Shown in pieces: positions 9,036 to 17,824 of a stretch of DNA of 64,000 nt. Position 1 is the first letter of the stretch. Every line of letters begins with the position of its first letter. The stretch comes from a virus. Under the pieces are notes generated by a model, which made no database searches, was not told the origin of the DNA, and was given only the letters and a program-made list of their open reading frames with translations. The translations under genes and the position numbers were made by a program. The stretch is taken from positions 32,001-96,000 of the IMG/VR virus record IMGVR_UViG_3300029922_000031, one strand, 5' to 3'.

Positions 9036-9671
9036 TTACCTGTATCTCTTGGCGGCGAGAGCCAGCTCACGATAGACCGCAGCGCGATCTGTCTTGGAAA
9101 GTCCCATGAAATCAAAGACCATTGCCGCGGTTACACGCCCAACAGCGAAGACGGCAATGTCGCGGCCGCGGCCTGACTGCGCGCGGGCCTGACTGTGCTG
9201 AACCGCGTCGAGAAGGAATTGCGGTGGCTTGTCGATCAGGTCGACGAACAACCGCGCCCGCGGCGAAAGCCGATTCATCACGAAGTCGCGGGTGTCGGCG
9301 CGTTCGAACGCCTCGATGCCGGATAGGCCAGCATCATCCTCGATCGCCTCGTGCAACCCGCCCGAATCTTCGGCGGGCTCGTCACCCGGCATTATGTCGA
9401 GCGAAGTGCATTGACCGTTGTCGATCTGATCCTGCACCCATCGGTTGATGTGGTGATGCATTCCTCGGCTCAGAAACGCCAGGAAGGGGACGCCGTATTC
9501 CTCGCTCCAGGCGTCCCGAGCCTTGCACCAGGCGATGCAGAGCTCCTGATAGATGTCCTGCGCCGTTAGGCTGGCGGCGCCGGCCGCGTGAGCGCGTCGT
9601 AAAACGCGCCACGCGAAGCTCTTGATGGCCTTGTCGTGCTGCGGCGTGAAGGCAAGCTGGGTGTTCATCAC
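9036..9671 (-). CDS. Sigma-70 region-2-like transcription factor
   Basis: AQDIYQELCIAWCKARDAW.EEYGVPFLAFLSRGM...INRW matches the sigma region 2 pattern; C-terminal HTH-like segment. Confidence 0.6.
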   Translation of the reverse strand: MMNTQLAFTPQHDKAIKSFAWRVLRRAHAAGAASLTAQDIYQELCIAWCKARDAWSEEYGVPFLAFLSRGMHHHINRWVQDQIDNGQCTSLDIMPGDEPAEDSGGLHEAIEDDAGLSGIEAFERADTRDFVMNRLSPRARLFVDLIDKPPQFLLDAVQHSQARAQSGRGRDIAVFAVGRVTAAMVFDFMGLSKTDRAAVYRELALAAKRYR

Positions 9672-10828
9672 ACGCCGCCAAAGACACGTTGAGCGAAGCC
9701 GTCGGCGGTCTCTTTATCGACGCGCGAGAGACGCGCAGCCCAGGCGGCGATCAGACCCGCCCGCCAGGCGCCACCCTTCATCACCGCGAAGCGCGCGGCG
9801 TTGATCAGCTCGCGCGGCGAGATCGTCGAGCCCAACCGGGCGGCCTTGAACGCCTCGCGAATGCTGTTGGCGAACTCGACGAGCTTGTCGGCGTCCTTTT
9901 TGTCGATGTTCGCCTGACCGGCGATCACCATCGACTCGACCTTCGGCTCCATGTAACCGATCTCGATCGTGACGCCGAAGCGCGAGAAGTTCGCGCCGTC
10001 CTGCATCTGGGTGCCCTGATAGAGACCCGTCTCGTCGCCGCAACCGTTCGTGTTGCCGGTCGCGACGAAGCGGAAGTTTGGGTGCGGCCGGATCACGCGC
10101 TGCGCCGGCGGAGCCTCTTTGATGTAGAGAGCCTTGCCTTCGAGAACCGGCTGATAGACCGAGAGAACGGGCGCGGTGCCGCGGTCATACTCGTCGGCGC
10201 AGTAGACGAAGCCTTCGAGCATCGCGACGGCCAGCGGACCGAGTTCGAACTTGGTCTCGCCTTCCTTGACGACATATTGCCCGATGATATGCGATTCCTC
10301 GGTGTTGACGGTGTGCTGGACGCGCATGAAGGGGCGCTTCGTGCGCGCCGCGATCTGCTCGAGAAGCGTGGTCTTGCCGGTGCCGTGATAGCCCCAGACG
10401 TAGAGCGGGGCCTTAAGCTCCTGTGCAATCAGGATTGACTTAAGGTTCTCGATGTCAAAAACGTAGTTCTGGTCCACGTCGGGCACGAGCTGTTCGGCTT
10501 CCGGCGTCAGCTCGGACATGACCGGGATCATGATCGGCTGGCCGCGCGCGTTCATCGCCGCCTTGACCTCGCCGAGAGCGAAGATTTCGTGCATCGGCTG
10601 ACGATCGCCGCCGACGACTTTGGCCTGCTCCTTCTGAGCCTGCTTGACGCGGATCATGCTCTTGGCGGCCTCGGAAAGGATGGGCTCGCCGGGGTATTCG
10701 CGCTGGTAGCGGGCAATGTCCCAGCCAGGATGATTCTCGCGAAGGTAAACTTGGATGGAGTGGCACAGTGCTCCGTCGAGCTTGCACTCGATTTTGCCGC
10801 CACCGATAGCGGGCGTCGTCTCCGTCAT
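9668..10828 (-). CDS. cobS: CobS-like MoxR-family AAA+ ATPase
   Basis: GYHGTGKT, CADEYD, HPNFRFVATGNT, ISPRELI. Confidence 0.9.
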   Translation of the reverse strand: MTETTPAIGGGKIECKLDGALCHSIQVYLRENHPGWDIARYQREYPGEPILSEAAKSMIRVKQAQKEQAKVVGGDRQPMHEIFALGEVKAAMNARGQPIMIPVMSELTPEAEQLVPDVDQNYVFDIENLKSILIAQELKAPLYVWGYHGTGKTTLLEQIAARTKRPFMRVQHTVNTEESHIIGQYVVKEGETKFELGPLAVAMLEGFVYCADEYDRGTAPVLSVYQPVLEGKALYIKEAPPAQRVIRPHPNFRFVATGNTNGCGDETGLYQGTQMQDGANFSRFGVTIEIGYMEPKVESMVIAGQANIDKKDADKLVEFANSIREAFKAARLGSTISPRELINAARFAVMKGGAWRAGLIAAWAARLSRVDKETADGFAQRVFGGV

Positions 10829-10915
10829 GATCGTCTCCTTTGTCGCTGCGTCGCTGCAAACGATGCGCTGTTATCGCGCATCGTGTCTTGGTTCACAAGT
10901 CAATTCTGACTGGCG

Positions 10916-13294
10916 TCAAGCGGCAAGTAGAATCCGCTTGAGCTCCTTCATAATCGTCGAGGGGAGCTCCTCGATCCGCTTAAGAACAACATGCTTCGGG
11001 TAATAGTGCCGAACCGAGTCATCCATGATCCCGATACCGATCACCTCGATGCCGCGCTTTGTCGACTCCTCGATGACCTGATGGAGATGCGAATTTAGCG
11101 CAGCCTCTGGCCTTTCACCGCTACGATAGGTGTAGTGGGCGGCGGCCGAGGGCGACCCGTCGGACAGAACGATCAGCACCTTGCGCTTCTCCTTGCGCCT
11201 CATAAGACGAGTCGCCGCGACCTCGATGCACTCGCCATCGACGTTGTTGCGCAGGAAGTTCTGATGCTCGGCGGCGACCGCGAACCGCTGCTTGACCGCC
11301 GGCGTCAGACGCTCGTTGAAGTCCTTGTAGATTGGCATGTAGATCGGCTCGATGCGGCCGTATTGCTTGCCGATGCGAGCCTCCTCGGCCGTGATCAGAT
11401 CGTCCAGCGTGCGGTTCGCGGGAAGCGTCGTGAAGCCGAGCACCTCATGCGCGATCTTCACCCGTTCCAGCGTCTGCGAGAGGGCGTAGGCCGCCTGCAT
11501 CGCCGTCGTCATCTTCTTCCCGCCCATCGAGCCGGAGTTGTCGACCACCAGTCCGACCGCTGTGTCCTTCGACGTGTTCTCGTGGAGACGGCGGAAGACC
11601 CGATCGTCGCCGACGAGCAACTTGTGCAGGCTCGCCGCGTGCAGCCGACCCGACCGGAAGCCGGGCAGCTTGAGCACGTTCGAGCGGGACGCCATGAGCC
11701 GCTCAATGTCCTTTTGCATCGGCCCAATCATGTGCCGCGTCGAGCTGTCAAAAGACTCAAACTCCTCGTCCGTGACTTTACCCGTGATGACCGAGACGTC
11801 GTCGTAGTCCTTGGTGAAGACGCGATATTCGGCGCCGCGCGTCATCCGGGTCGCAAGATCGGTGATCTCGCCGACGATCGCGTCCTTGAATTTGTCGCCG
11901 TCGACCTCGATCTCCATGTCGGAGAACGCCGACGAACCCATGCCTGGATCCTTGCTTTCGCCGGACTCCTCTAGTTCGTCGCTGGGCTCTCCGCCGGCGG
12001 AACCTTCTCCAGCTTCTCCGCCGGACCCTTCGTCGCCTGCGTCGCTGTCGTCAGACTCAGACCCAGCGCCTGCGCTGCCATCGTCAGACTCCTCATCCTC
12101 TCCGCCGTCACTGGCAGACGTTCCGACTTCGCCGTCGTCGCCGTCTTCATCCCGCTCTCGATCGGCGGGCTCTCCGTGATCGTTGTCCCGTTCTCCATCG
12201 TCACCGTCGGCGTCATCCTCTGACTCCTCGGGGTCGACAGCTCCGTCACCGTCTCCGTCGCTCCCATCAGCATCACCAGCACCTTCGCTGGGGAGTTCCG
12301 AATCATCGCTCTCTGACTCACTCGAGCCAGAAGTCTCTTCATCCTCGGATTCATCTTCGCCTTTCTCGCCCTCGCCGGGCTTCTCGGTCTCTTTCGGTCC
12401 GTCAGCTTCCTCGCCGGCATCCTCCTCGGACGACTCGCCCTTGTCTTCGCTGGGCTTCTCGTCATCGCCAGTCGATGCTGACTTATCCTTTTCGGCAGAC
12501 TTTTCGCCGCCGGCACCCTCGTCTTCCTCGTCCTCGGGCTTGTCCTTGTTCGCGCCCTTGCCGTCGCTCTTGGTCTTCTCGGTCGAGTCCGACTTGGACG
12601 GCTCGGTCGGGGAGCCAGGCGGCGGAGCGGGCGGGGCAGGGGGCGGCGGCGGGCAGAGAACGCTGTGATAGACCTCTGCGATCGCGAAGGCGTCGCGGGT
12701 GTTCTTCATGCCCGTCATGCGAGCGCGAATGTCTTTCGGCAGCCCGTCGAGCAGCGACTTGACAAGCGGATGCTCCCAGTAGCCCTTGCCCGTCATCCAG
12801 TCATTGAACACCTTCTGGCCGCAAAGCGCGCGCGCCATCACGACGATGATCGCCTCGAACTCCTTCTTCGGATCGCCCTTGGCTTCCGCGATGTGCGGCT
12901 CGGTGATCTTCTTGAGGAAGAACTCGTGCAGTCGGCCGAGATTGTAGTGCGAGCCGGGGAACTTGTCGGCCATCCGCTTCTCGATCAGCGGATCTTCGAG
13001 CATGTTCCACAGGCCGTGCAGCTTCGCGCTCGCCCTGCGCTCCTTCATCTTGTAGGTGAACTCGGTGAAGAGGATGTGCGCAACCTCGTGGTCGATGAAG
13101 CCCTGGATCGCCATGAGCAACTCGGCCGTCGCAGTGTCGGGGATTTGCGGGATGTTGACCCGGATCGGCTTCCCGGCCTTGTCGTTCTCCACATACGCAG
13201 AAGCGCCTCGCTGAGTGACGACCAGCCCCTTGCCTGCAAGGAGCTGGGTCACTTTGACGATGACCTCGCGCATTAGCGCAATATCTTGATTCAT
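10916..13294 (-). CDS. cobT: CobT-like vWA protein with long acidic linker
   Basis: GFIDHEVAH, VVDNSGSM (MIDAS), EVLGFTT, NVDGE, LIVLSDGSP. Confidence 0.9.
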   Translation of the reverse strand: MNQDIALMREVIVKVTQLLAGKGLVVTQRGASAYVENDKAGKPIRVNIPQIPDTATAELLMAIQGFIDHEVAHILFTEFTYKMKERRASAKLHGLWNMLEDPLIEKRMADKFPGSHYNLGRLHEFFLKKITEPHIAEAKGDPKKEFEAIIVVMARALCGQKVFNDWMTGKGYWEHPLVKSLLDGLPKDIRARMTGMKNTRDAFAIAEVYHSVLCPPPPPAPPAPPPGSPTEPSKSDSTEKTKSDGKGANKDKPEDEEDEGAGGEKSAEKDKSASTGDDEKPSEDKGESSEEDAGEEADGPKETEKPGEGEKGEDESEDEETSGSSESESDDSELPSEGAGDADGSDGDGDGAVDPEESEDDADGDDGERDNDHGEPADRERDEDGDDGEVGTSASDGGEDEESDDGSAGAGSESDDSDAGDEGSGGEAGEGSAGGEPSDELEESGESKDPGMGSSAFSDMEIEVDGDKFKDAIVGEITDLATRMTRGAEYRVFTKDYDDVSVITGKVTDEEFESFDSSTRHMIGPMQKDIERLMASRSNVLKLPGFRSGRLHAASLHKLLVGDDRVFRRLHENTSKDTAVGLVVDNSGSMGGKKMTTAMQAAYALSQTLERVKIAHEVLGFTTLPANRTLDDLITAEEARIGKQYGRIEPIYMPIYKDFNERLTPAVKQRFAVAAEHQNFLRNNVDGECIEVAATRLMRRKEKRKVLIVLSDGSPSAAAHYTYRSGERPEAALNSHLHQVIEESTKRGIEVIGIGIMDDSVRHYYPKHVVLKRIEELPSTIMKELKRILLAA

Positions 13295-13394
13295 CGCTGC
13301 TGTCCTCTTAAGACTGAAATCGTGTTCTAACGATACAGTCAGAGAGAGTGGGTCACAATTGGCAATGTAAGGGAGGGTAGAGAAAGCGGATGAC

Positions 13395-13619
13395 TTATCT
13401 GAGTAGCATCAAGGACGGGCCGAGCGGGTTCAGAACGATGTAGATGTTGCCGAAGATCGGATGAGTTCCGAAAATCGCGTGATTAGGGCGAGTTGTAAAA
13501 TCGCTTCGGTCGGTGAGTTGCTCGGCGTATGTCAGCGCGACGTCATACGCAATTTCGCTGATCTGATCGATAACGCGGGCTGCCGCCAGCGGCTCTGATT
13601 TGACTGTGGCTAGATTCAC
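13395..13619 (-). CDS. Hypothetical protein
   Basis: 74 aa; own promoter TAGACG-N17-TATATG at about 13719-13747. Confidence 0.6.
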   Translation of the reverse strand: MNLATVKSEPLAAARVIDQISEIAYDVALTYAEQLTDRSDFTTRPNHAIFGTHPIFGNIYIVLNPLGPSLMLLR

Positions 13620-13857
13620 TGTTCGTTATCCCCATCATATTTGGGCCGCCTAAGCTTCACTGTTTGCTCGTGAAATCTAAAGCAGCTTTGAATTACATTT
13701 CGACGTTTGTCGTTAAAACATATAGCGCTTTCCCGGTGGGTCGTCTAAAAAAATCAATCGACGTTGACTGTTTCCGGCTGCGTCACCGCTGCAAACTCCG
13801 TTACATAGGGAGGTGTATCAATCAAGGACAAACTCGTGTGACTTTTTAGCGTCTCTG

Positions 13858-13909
13858 AAAATGTAACGCTAAAGCGGTGCGGCGCTCTCGCTGCACACGC
13901 TCACGTTAC
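13858..13909 (-). terminator. Long stem-loop after the repressor gene
   Basis: GTAACG...GTGCAGCG/CGCCGCAC...CGTTAC followed by ATTTT. Confidence 0.5.
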
Positions 13910-13913
13910 GAAG

Positions 13914-14357
13914 TCACTTTTTCAGCATGTTCTTCGGCAACATGTTCAGAAACACAGCCATCGCGGCCATTGTTTCCACCGTCTGCTTCGGGTCGAGATT
14001 GCCGGTCGCCGCGCGCCACGGCTTCAGAAGAATCTCCTCCTCATTCGGCGTCGCGATGCGACCAAACACCGTCTCGATCGCTTCGCCCAGATTCGGCCAA
14101 TATTGCTGAAGCGCCAGACGAAATAGGTGGGTAGGGTCGACGTGCAGCGCCTTGGCGAGCGCTGGAATTTTGTCAAGCGGGACTTTCGCTTCACCACGCT
14201 TGAACATGGAGATAATATTCGGCTTGTCGTAGCCGGCTTCGAGGGCAATTTCACGTTGAGTCTTCACGCCCTTAAGAGCATCGATCTGTTTATCCAAGTA
14301 TTTCGCAACCATCGTGCCCGCGAATGGCATTCCGGCTTTCACTTCTGAGACGGACAT
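13914..14357 (-). CDS. XRE/Cro-C1 HTH transcriptional regulator (candidate repressor)
   Basis: TQREIALEAGYDKPNIISMFKRGEAKVPLDKIPALAKAL; GAGGGAG SD; divergent from repC. Confidence 0.88.
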   Translation of the reverse strand: MSVSEVKAGMPFAGTMVAKYLDKQIDALKGVKTQREIALEAGYDKPNIISMFKRGEAKVPLDKIPALAKALHVDPTHLFRLALQQYWPNLGEAIETVFGRIATPNEEEILLKPWRAATGNLDPKQTVETMAAMAVFLNMLPKNMLKK

Positions 14358-14533
14358 TGTCTATTCTCCCTCTTATACGCTTATAATACGCTTCGTAGTC
14401 GTTCTTTAGCCAGTGACGCTCGAAAACATTCATCATTGAATGATACCGGGCTCAATGAATGATATAGCGCGTCGCGTCAGCAGTTCGTGGGAACTGCTCG
14501 GGTTCGCTTGGAATATCAATCACCATTTACTGA

Positions 14534-14837
14534 GAGTCAATCGTCGCTTATGGCAGTTTGCGATGCCCACGAGAATCTCAGGTCGTTTTGTTCCATAATC
14601 TATATTATGCGAATCAGAAATGTTAATTACTTGGCGGGCGAATCCGCCTTCTCCGAATCGCACGACTCAGACAGAGTACCCTTGTTTATCAACGGGGTGA
14701 TTCTGCCCATGAGCTAATCGGACAAAGCAAAAGCCCCGCCAGGGTTGCCGCCCTGGCAGGGCTTTGGGTCTCCAAGATGGGTCCGCGCTAAAGGGACCGA
14801 CCAAATCGCAATTCCCCTTCTAGCGCGCGGCTGATTC
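14534..14837. promoter_or_regulatory. Cluster of 8 GANTC (CcrM) sites upstream of repC
   Basis: GANTC at 14534, 14573, 14611, 14640, 14655, 14664, 14699, 14833. Confidence 0.75.
14724..14810 (-). ncRNA. repC counter-transcribed RNA (ctRNA)
   Basis: TTGACA(14846-41)-N18-TAGAAG promoter, GGTCC/GGACC hairpin, and GCCCTGCCAGGG/CCCTGGCGGGGC-TTTTGCTTT terminator, antisense to the repC leader. Confidence 0.8.
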
Positions 14838-14893
14838 GGTTGTCAACAGTCTTCTGGCTGGTGAGCGCCCGAGCTTTGTCCAAAGGAGGACAA

Positions 14894-16045
14894 ATGCTTC
14901 AGACCGGCATTCGCCGCTTGAGCCCTGGCGCTCTAGCGGTCAGGGAGATTCGCGCTCAAAAGACCGAAGGTGTCAACCGCAGGGCGCTGCTCGCCGCGGC
15001 GCGCGACGCCAGCCAGGCTCTCGACCTTCGCAGCTCCGTGCGGCAGGTTCTTGGTGAGCTTGCCGCCTGCTATGGCGAACAGGAGCTCCAGCGCGGGCTC
15101 ATGGTCTGGCCCTCGAACGAGTATCTCTGCCGCAAGACGGGCTTGGCCGAGCGCACGATCCGTAAGTGCATTCGAGCCTTGATCGACGCCGAGCTGATCG
15201 AGCCGGTCGACAGCGCCAATCGCAAGCGCTTCGCCGTGCGCGGGCCTGGCGGGATCATTCGCGACGCCTACGGCTTCAATCTTGAGCCTATCTACGCCCG
15301 GCGCGCTGAGTTCGCCGGCGTGATCCTCGAGCACCAGCTTGCAGCCGCTCGTCGATCGGCGTTGTTCGACGAACTGACCATCCAGCGCAAGGGCGCCGAG
15401 GAAGCCCTGAGAGCGCTCAGGGCGAGCTTCCCCGCGGTCGAGTGCCACGAGCACGAAACGGCGATGATCGCGCTCCTGGCCACCCTGCCCCGCCGCTCAG
15501 GTAGGAGTGCGCCGGATGCTGCCGTGGCGGCGTGGTTGAATCTGAGAACCGCCTTGGAGAACCTGTTCTTCGAAGCCTCTCGAAATCAAAAAGAGTCCGG
15601 CAGAGCCGGCGATCCGTGCCGTCACAAAGAGCCAGACAAAAATTTCTCTATCGAGCTTTGCCAGAGGCAGCCGGAAGGCTGCGACCCGGTTCGTCAAAAC
15701 GAACAGCCAGCATTGGATCTGATCGTTGAAGCCTGCCCAGCGGCTGCGGCCTATTCCCGGCCTATCTCAAATGAAGATGACCTGATCCGGATCGGCCGGG
15801 AACTTCGGGGTTCGCTTGGAGCGTCAGCCGAGGCGTGGGTCGAAGCGACGGAAGGGATTGGATTACGGCGCGCGGCCGCGCTGGTGCTCTATGTTCTCCA
15901 GCTCGCCGACGATGATCAGAACTCGGGCGAGCAGAAGATCAGAAAGCCCGGCGGGCTGTTCCGTCACCTGGCGCGCAAGCTCGCCGAGGATCAGATGGAC
16001 TTTAACGCCGAGCTGATGGCTTTGCGCCGGCGACACCTGGCGTAG
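14894..16045 (+). CDS. repC: RepC plasmid replication initiator (repABC family), stand-alone
   Basis: VWPSNEYL...GLAERTIRKCIRALIDAELI...DSANRKRF...AYGFNLEP, IRKPGGLFRHL; AGGAGG SD before ATG 14894. Confidence 0.95.
   Translation: MLQTGIRRLSPGALAVREIRAQKTEGVNRRALLAAARDASQALDLRSSVRQVLGELAACYGEQELQRGLMVWPSNEYLCRKTGLAERTIRKCIRALIDAELIEPVDSANRKRFAVRGPGGIIRDAYGFNLEPIYARRAEFAGVILEHQLAAARRSALFDELTIQRKGAEEALRALRASFPAVECHEHETAMIALLATLPRRSGRSAPDAAVAAWLNLRTALENLFFEASRNQKESGRAGDPCRHKEPDKNFSIELCQRQPEGCDPVRQNEQPALDLIVEACPAAAAYSRPISNEDDLIRIGRELRGSLGASAEAWVEATEGIGLRRAAALVLYVLQLADDDQNSGEQKIRKPGGLFRHLARKLAEDQMDFNAELMALRRRHLA
15535..15660. other. Probable oriV inside repC
   Basis: A-rich stretch with GANTC sites (15538, 15593); repABC origins are known to lie within repC. 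Confidence 0.5.
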
Positions 16046-16166
16046 GCGAAAGAATTTTACACAGCAGATAGAGAGACGTGCAGCCGAGAACCAGAAAGAC
16101 CGAAACAGTGCTGAGCGCCAAGGCGACGCATGCCAGTGTGTCTGCGACGTCGGGTGCGTAGTGCAT
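16002..16166 (-). CDS. Possible 54-aa single-TM peptide
   Basis: MHYAPDVADTLACVALALSTVSVFLVLGCTSLYLLCKILSP...; weak SD. Confidence 0.3.
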   Translation of the reverse strand: MHYAPDVADTLACVALALSTVSVFLVLGCTSLYLLCKILSPTPGVAGAKPSARR

Positions 16167-16179
16167 TGATAAGCCTAAG

Positions 16180-16209
16180 AAAAAAGGGCGACCCTTTCGA
16201 GCCGCCCTT
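16180..16209 (-). terminator. Rho-independent terminator
   Basis: AAGGGCGGCTC-GAAA-GGGTCGCCCTT-TTTT. Confidence 0.9.
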
Positions 16210-16236
16210 GGGACAGAGAGGGCTGCGAACAGCCAC
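16180..16236 (-). ncRNA. Candidate ~57-nt sRNA (shares the ligase terminator)
   Basis: TTGACT-N16-TAGACT promoter, GGCUG-UUCG-CAGCC hairpin, CU-rich linker, terminator with U6. Confidence 0.55.
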
Positions 16237-16278
16237 CCATTAGTCTACAGACGGGTATGGATAAGTCAACGCTGACGG

Positions 16279-17808
16279 CTACTCCGCGGCAACGGCGAGC
16301 GCCGGGTCTTTGTCGTCGCGGAATCGGATGAAGCGCGGGTGGCGCAGCGAGCCATCAGGGGTGACTTCATGGAACTCGACCTCGATCAGCCGGCCGATGA
16401 TCTCGCAGCCTAGCGCCTGATATTCGAATGGCTGAATGTCGTCGTGACCCAGCAACCGCACCTGGTCGGCCTTGTATAGCCGCCAGAACTCCTCACGCTG
16501 CGCGTCAGAGAAACCGCCACCGACGCGAACGCTGACGCCCTTGCGATCGACGATCAGCCCGCCGAGCTTGCCGACGTACTTGCCCTCGCCCTCGAAGGCG
16601 TCGATCACCCGAAGATCCTCAGTCTCCTCATTTTTCATCTTGAGCCAGGAGCGCGACCGCTTCTTCTGATAGGTGCCGTCGAGCGGCTTGACGATGGCTC
16701 CTTCGAGCATCTTGTAGCCGCCAGTGACAGGATCGGGCGTGACCGCGAGCAGCTCCTTCTCGAGCTCCTCGTCGCCGCGCGCCAGATAGGAGGCGAGTGT
16801 CGTCGTCCGATATTCCTCGAAGATCGAATCGATCTCCTCGTGCGAGTGAGCCAGCCGACGCGGCACCAAGCGAATCCAGTTGCCGGCCGGGGCGAACTGA
16901 ACCAGCCAGATCAGGAAGGCACGGCGCAGGTCGTGCTTCATATTGAACTCGCCGAGGTTCCGAGCGGTCATGAACGCAAACGGCACGGCGTCGAAGACGT
17001 GATAGATCATCTCCGTCGCTTCGACGCTCTTGCGACGCACGGCGCCGGAGCTCTCGCCGAACAGGCCACTGAGCGCCTCGCCCTCCAGAGCAATCGACGC
17101 GCCGGCGTCGCCGCCCAGTATCGCGTAATACAATTTTGCCAGCGGATGAGGGGGCGCTAGTGGCGGGGGCACTGCGTCGGCAGCGTGCTTCGCCGTCCAG
17201 TGAGCCTTCTTGACCATCTCCGCGACGTGGACGCCTAGACCGTCGAGCGCCGGGAAGTGATTGCCGACGCGGCTGAAGAACTTGCCAGTGCCATCTTTCA
17301 CCAGACAGGGCGCCCGCAGGCCGTCGAGCTTGGGCTCCATCGCCACCGGGAAGGTCTTGATGCGCTTCGGCTCGTATTTGTGGCTCAGCATGACCTCGAA
17401 GGTCGGAATCAGGCCGGGCTTCAACTTGTTGACCGTCTTGGCCGTGACGCCGCAGCGGAGATCCTTCGACAAAATCCGCCAGAGCAGCTCCGAGCTGGTT
17501 GCATCCAGCATGTTCATGAGATCCAGAACGTTCTCCTGCGCCAGGTTGCCGGTCATGATGCGAGCCGCGAGACCGCGAATCGTCGCCCAGACCAGGACGT
17601 TGCTCGCGTCGAAGCGCTTCGTGCCAATCGACTCGACGTGCGGCGGCGTGATGCCGAACGTAATGAACGGATCGCAGGCGTATTTGAGAACCTCGATCAT
17701 GAAGGGATCGCCGATCGTGCCGTTCAGGATTCGCTCCTTCTCGACGCGCGATGAGGTCTTGTCGATGGCCCAGAACGTCTCCATCACGTCGTAAGCAGTC
17801 ATTCCCAT
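16279..17808 (-). CDS. ATP-dependent DNA ligase
   Basis: EPKLDGLR (motif I), YHVFD, EGAIVK, WLKMK, SLRHPRF. Confidence 0.95.
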   Translation of the reverse strand: MGMTAYDVMETFWAIDKTSSRVEKERILNGTIGDPFMIEVLKYACDPFITFGITPPHVESIGTKRFDASNVLVWATIRGLAARIMTGNLAQENVLDLMNMLDATSSELLWRILSKDLRCGVTAKTVNKLKPGLIPTFEVMLSHKYEPKRIKTFPVAMEPKLDGLRAPCLVKDGTGKFFSRVGNHFPALDGLGVHVAEMVKKAHWTAKHAADAVPPPLAPPHPLAKLYYAILGGDAGASIALEGEALSGLFGESSGAVRRKSVEATEMIYHVFDAVPFAFMTARNLGEFNMKHDLRRAFLIWLVQFAPAGNWIRLVPRRLAHSHEEIDSIFEEYRTTTLASYLARGDEELEKELLAVTPDPVTGGYKMLEGAIVKPLDGTYQKKRSRSWLKMKNEETEDLRVIDAFEGEGKYVGKLGGLIVDRKGVSVRVGGGFSDAQREEFWRLYKADQVRLLGHDDIQPFEYQALGCEIIGRLIEVEFHEVTPDGSLRHPRFIRFRDDKDPALAVAAE

Positions 17809-17824
17809 CAGATGTTTCCTTTCG

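Noticed and set aside
9668-13294. Cobalamin biosynthesis locus
   Set aside because: No cobN or other cob genes; the context is entirely phage
14487-14717. Plus-strand ORF upstream of repC as a repB remnant
   Set aside because: No ParB motifs; AT-rich regulatory DNA
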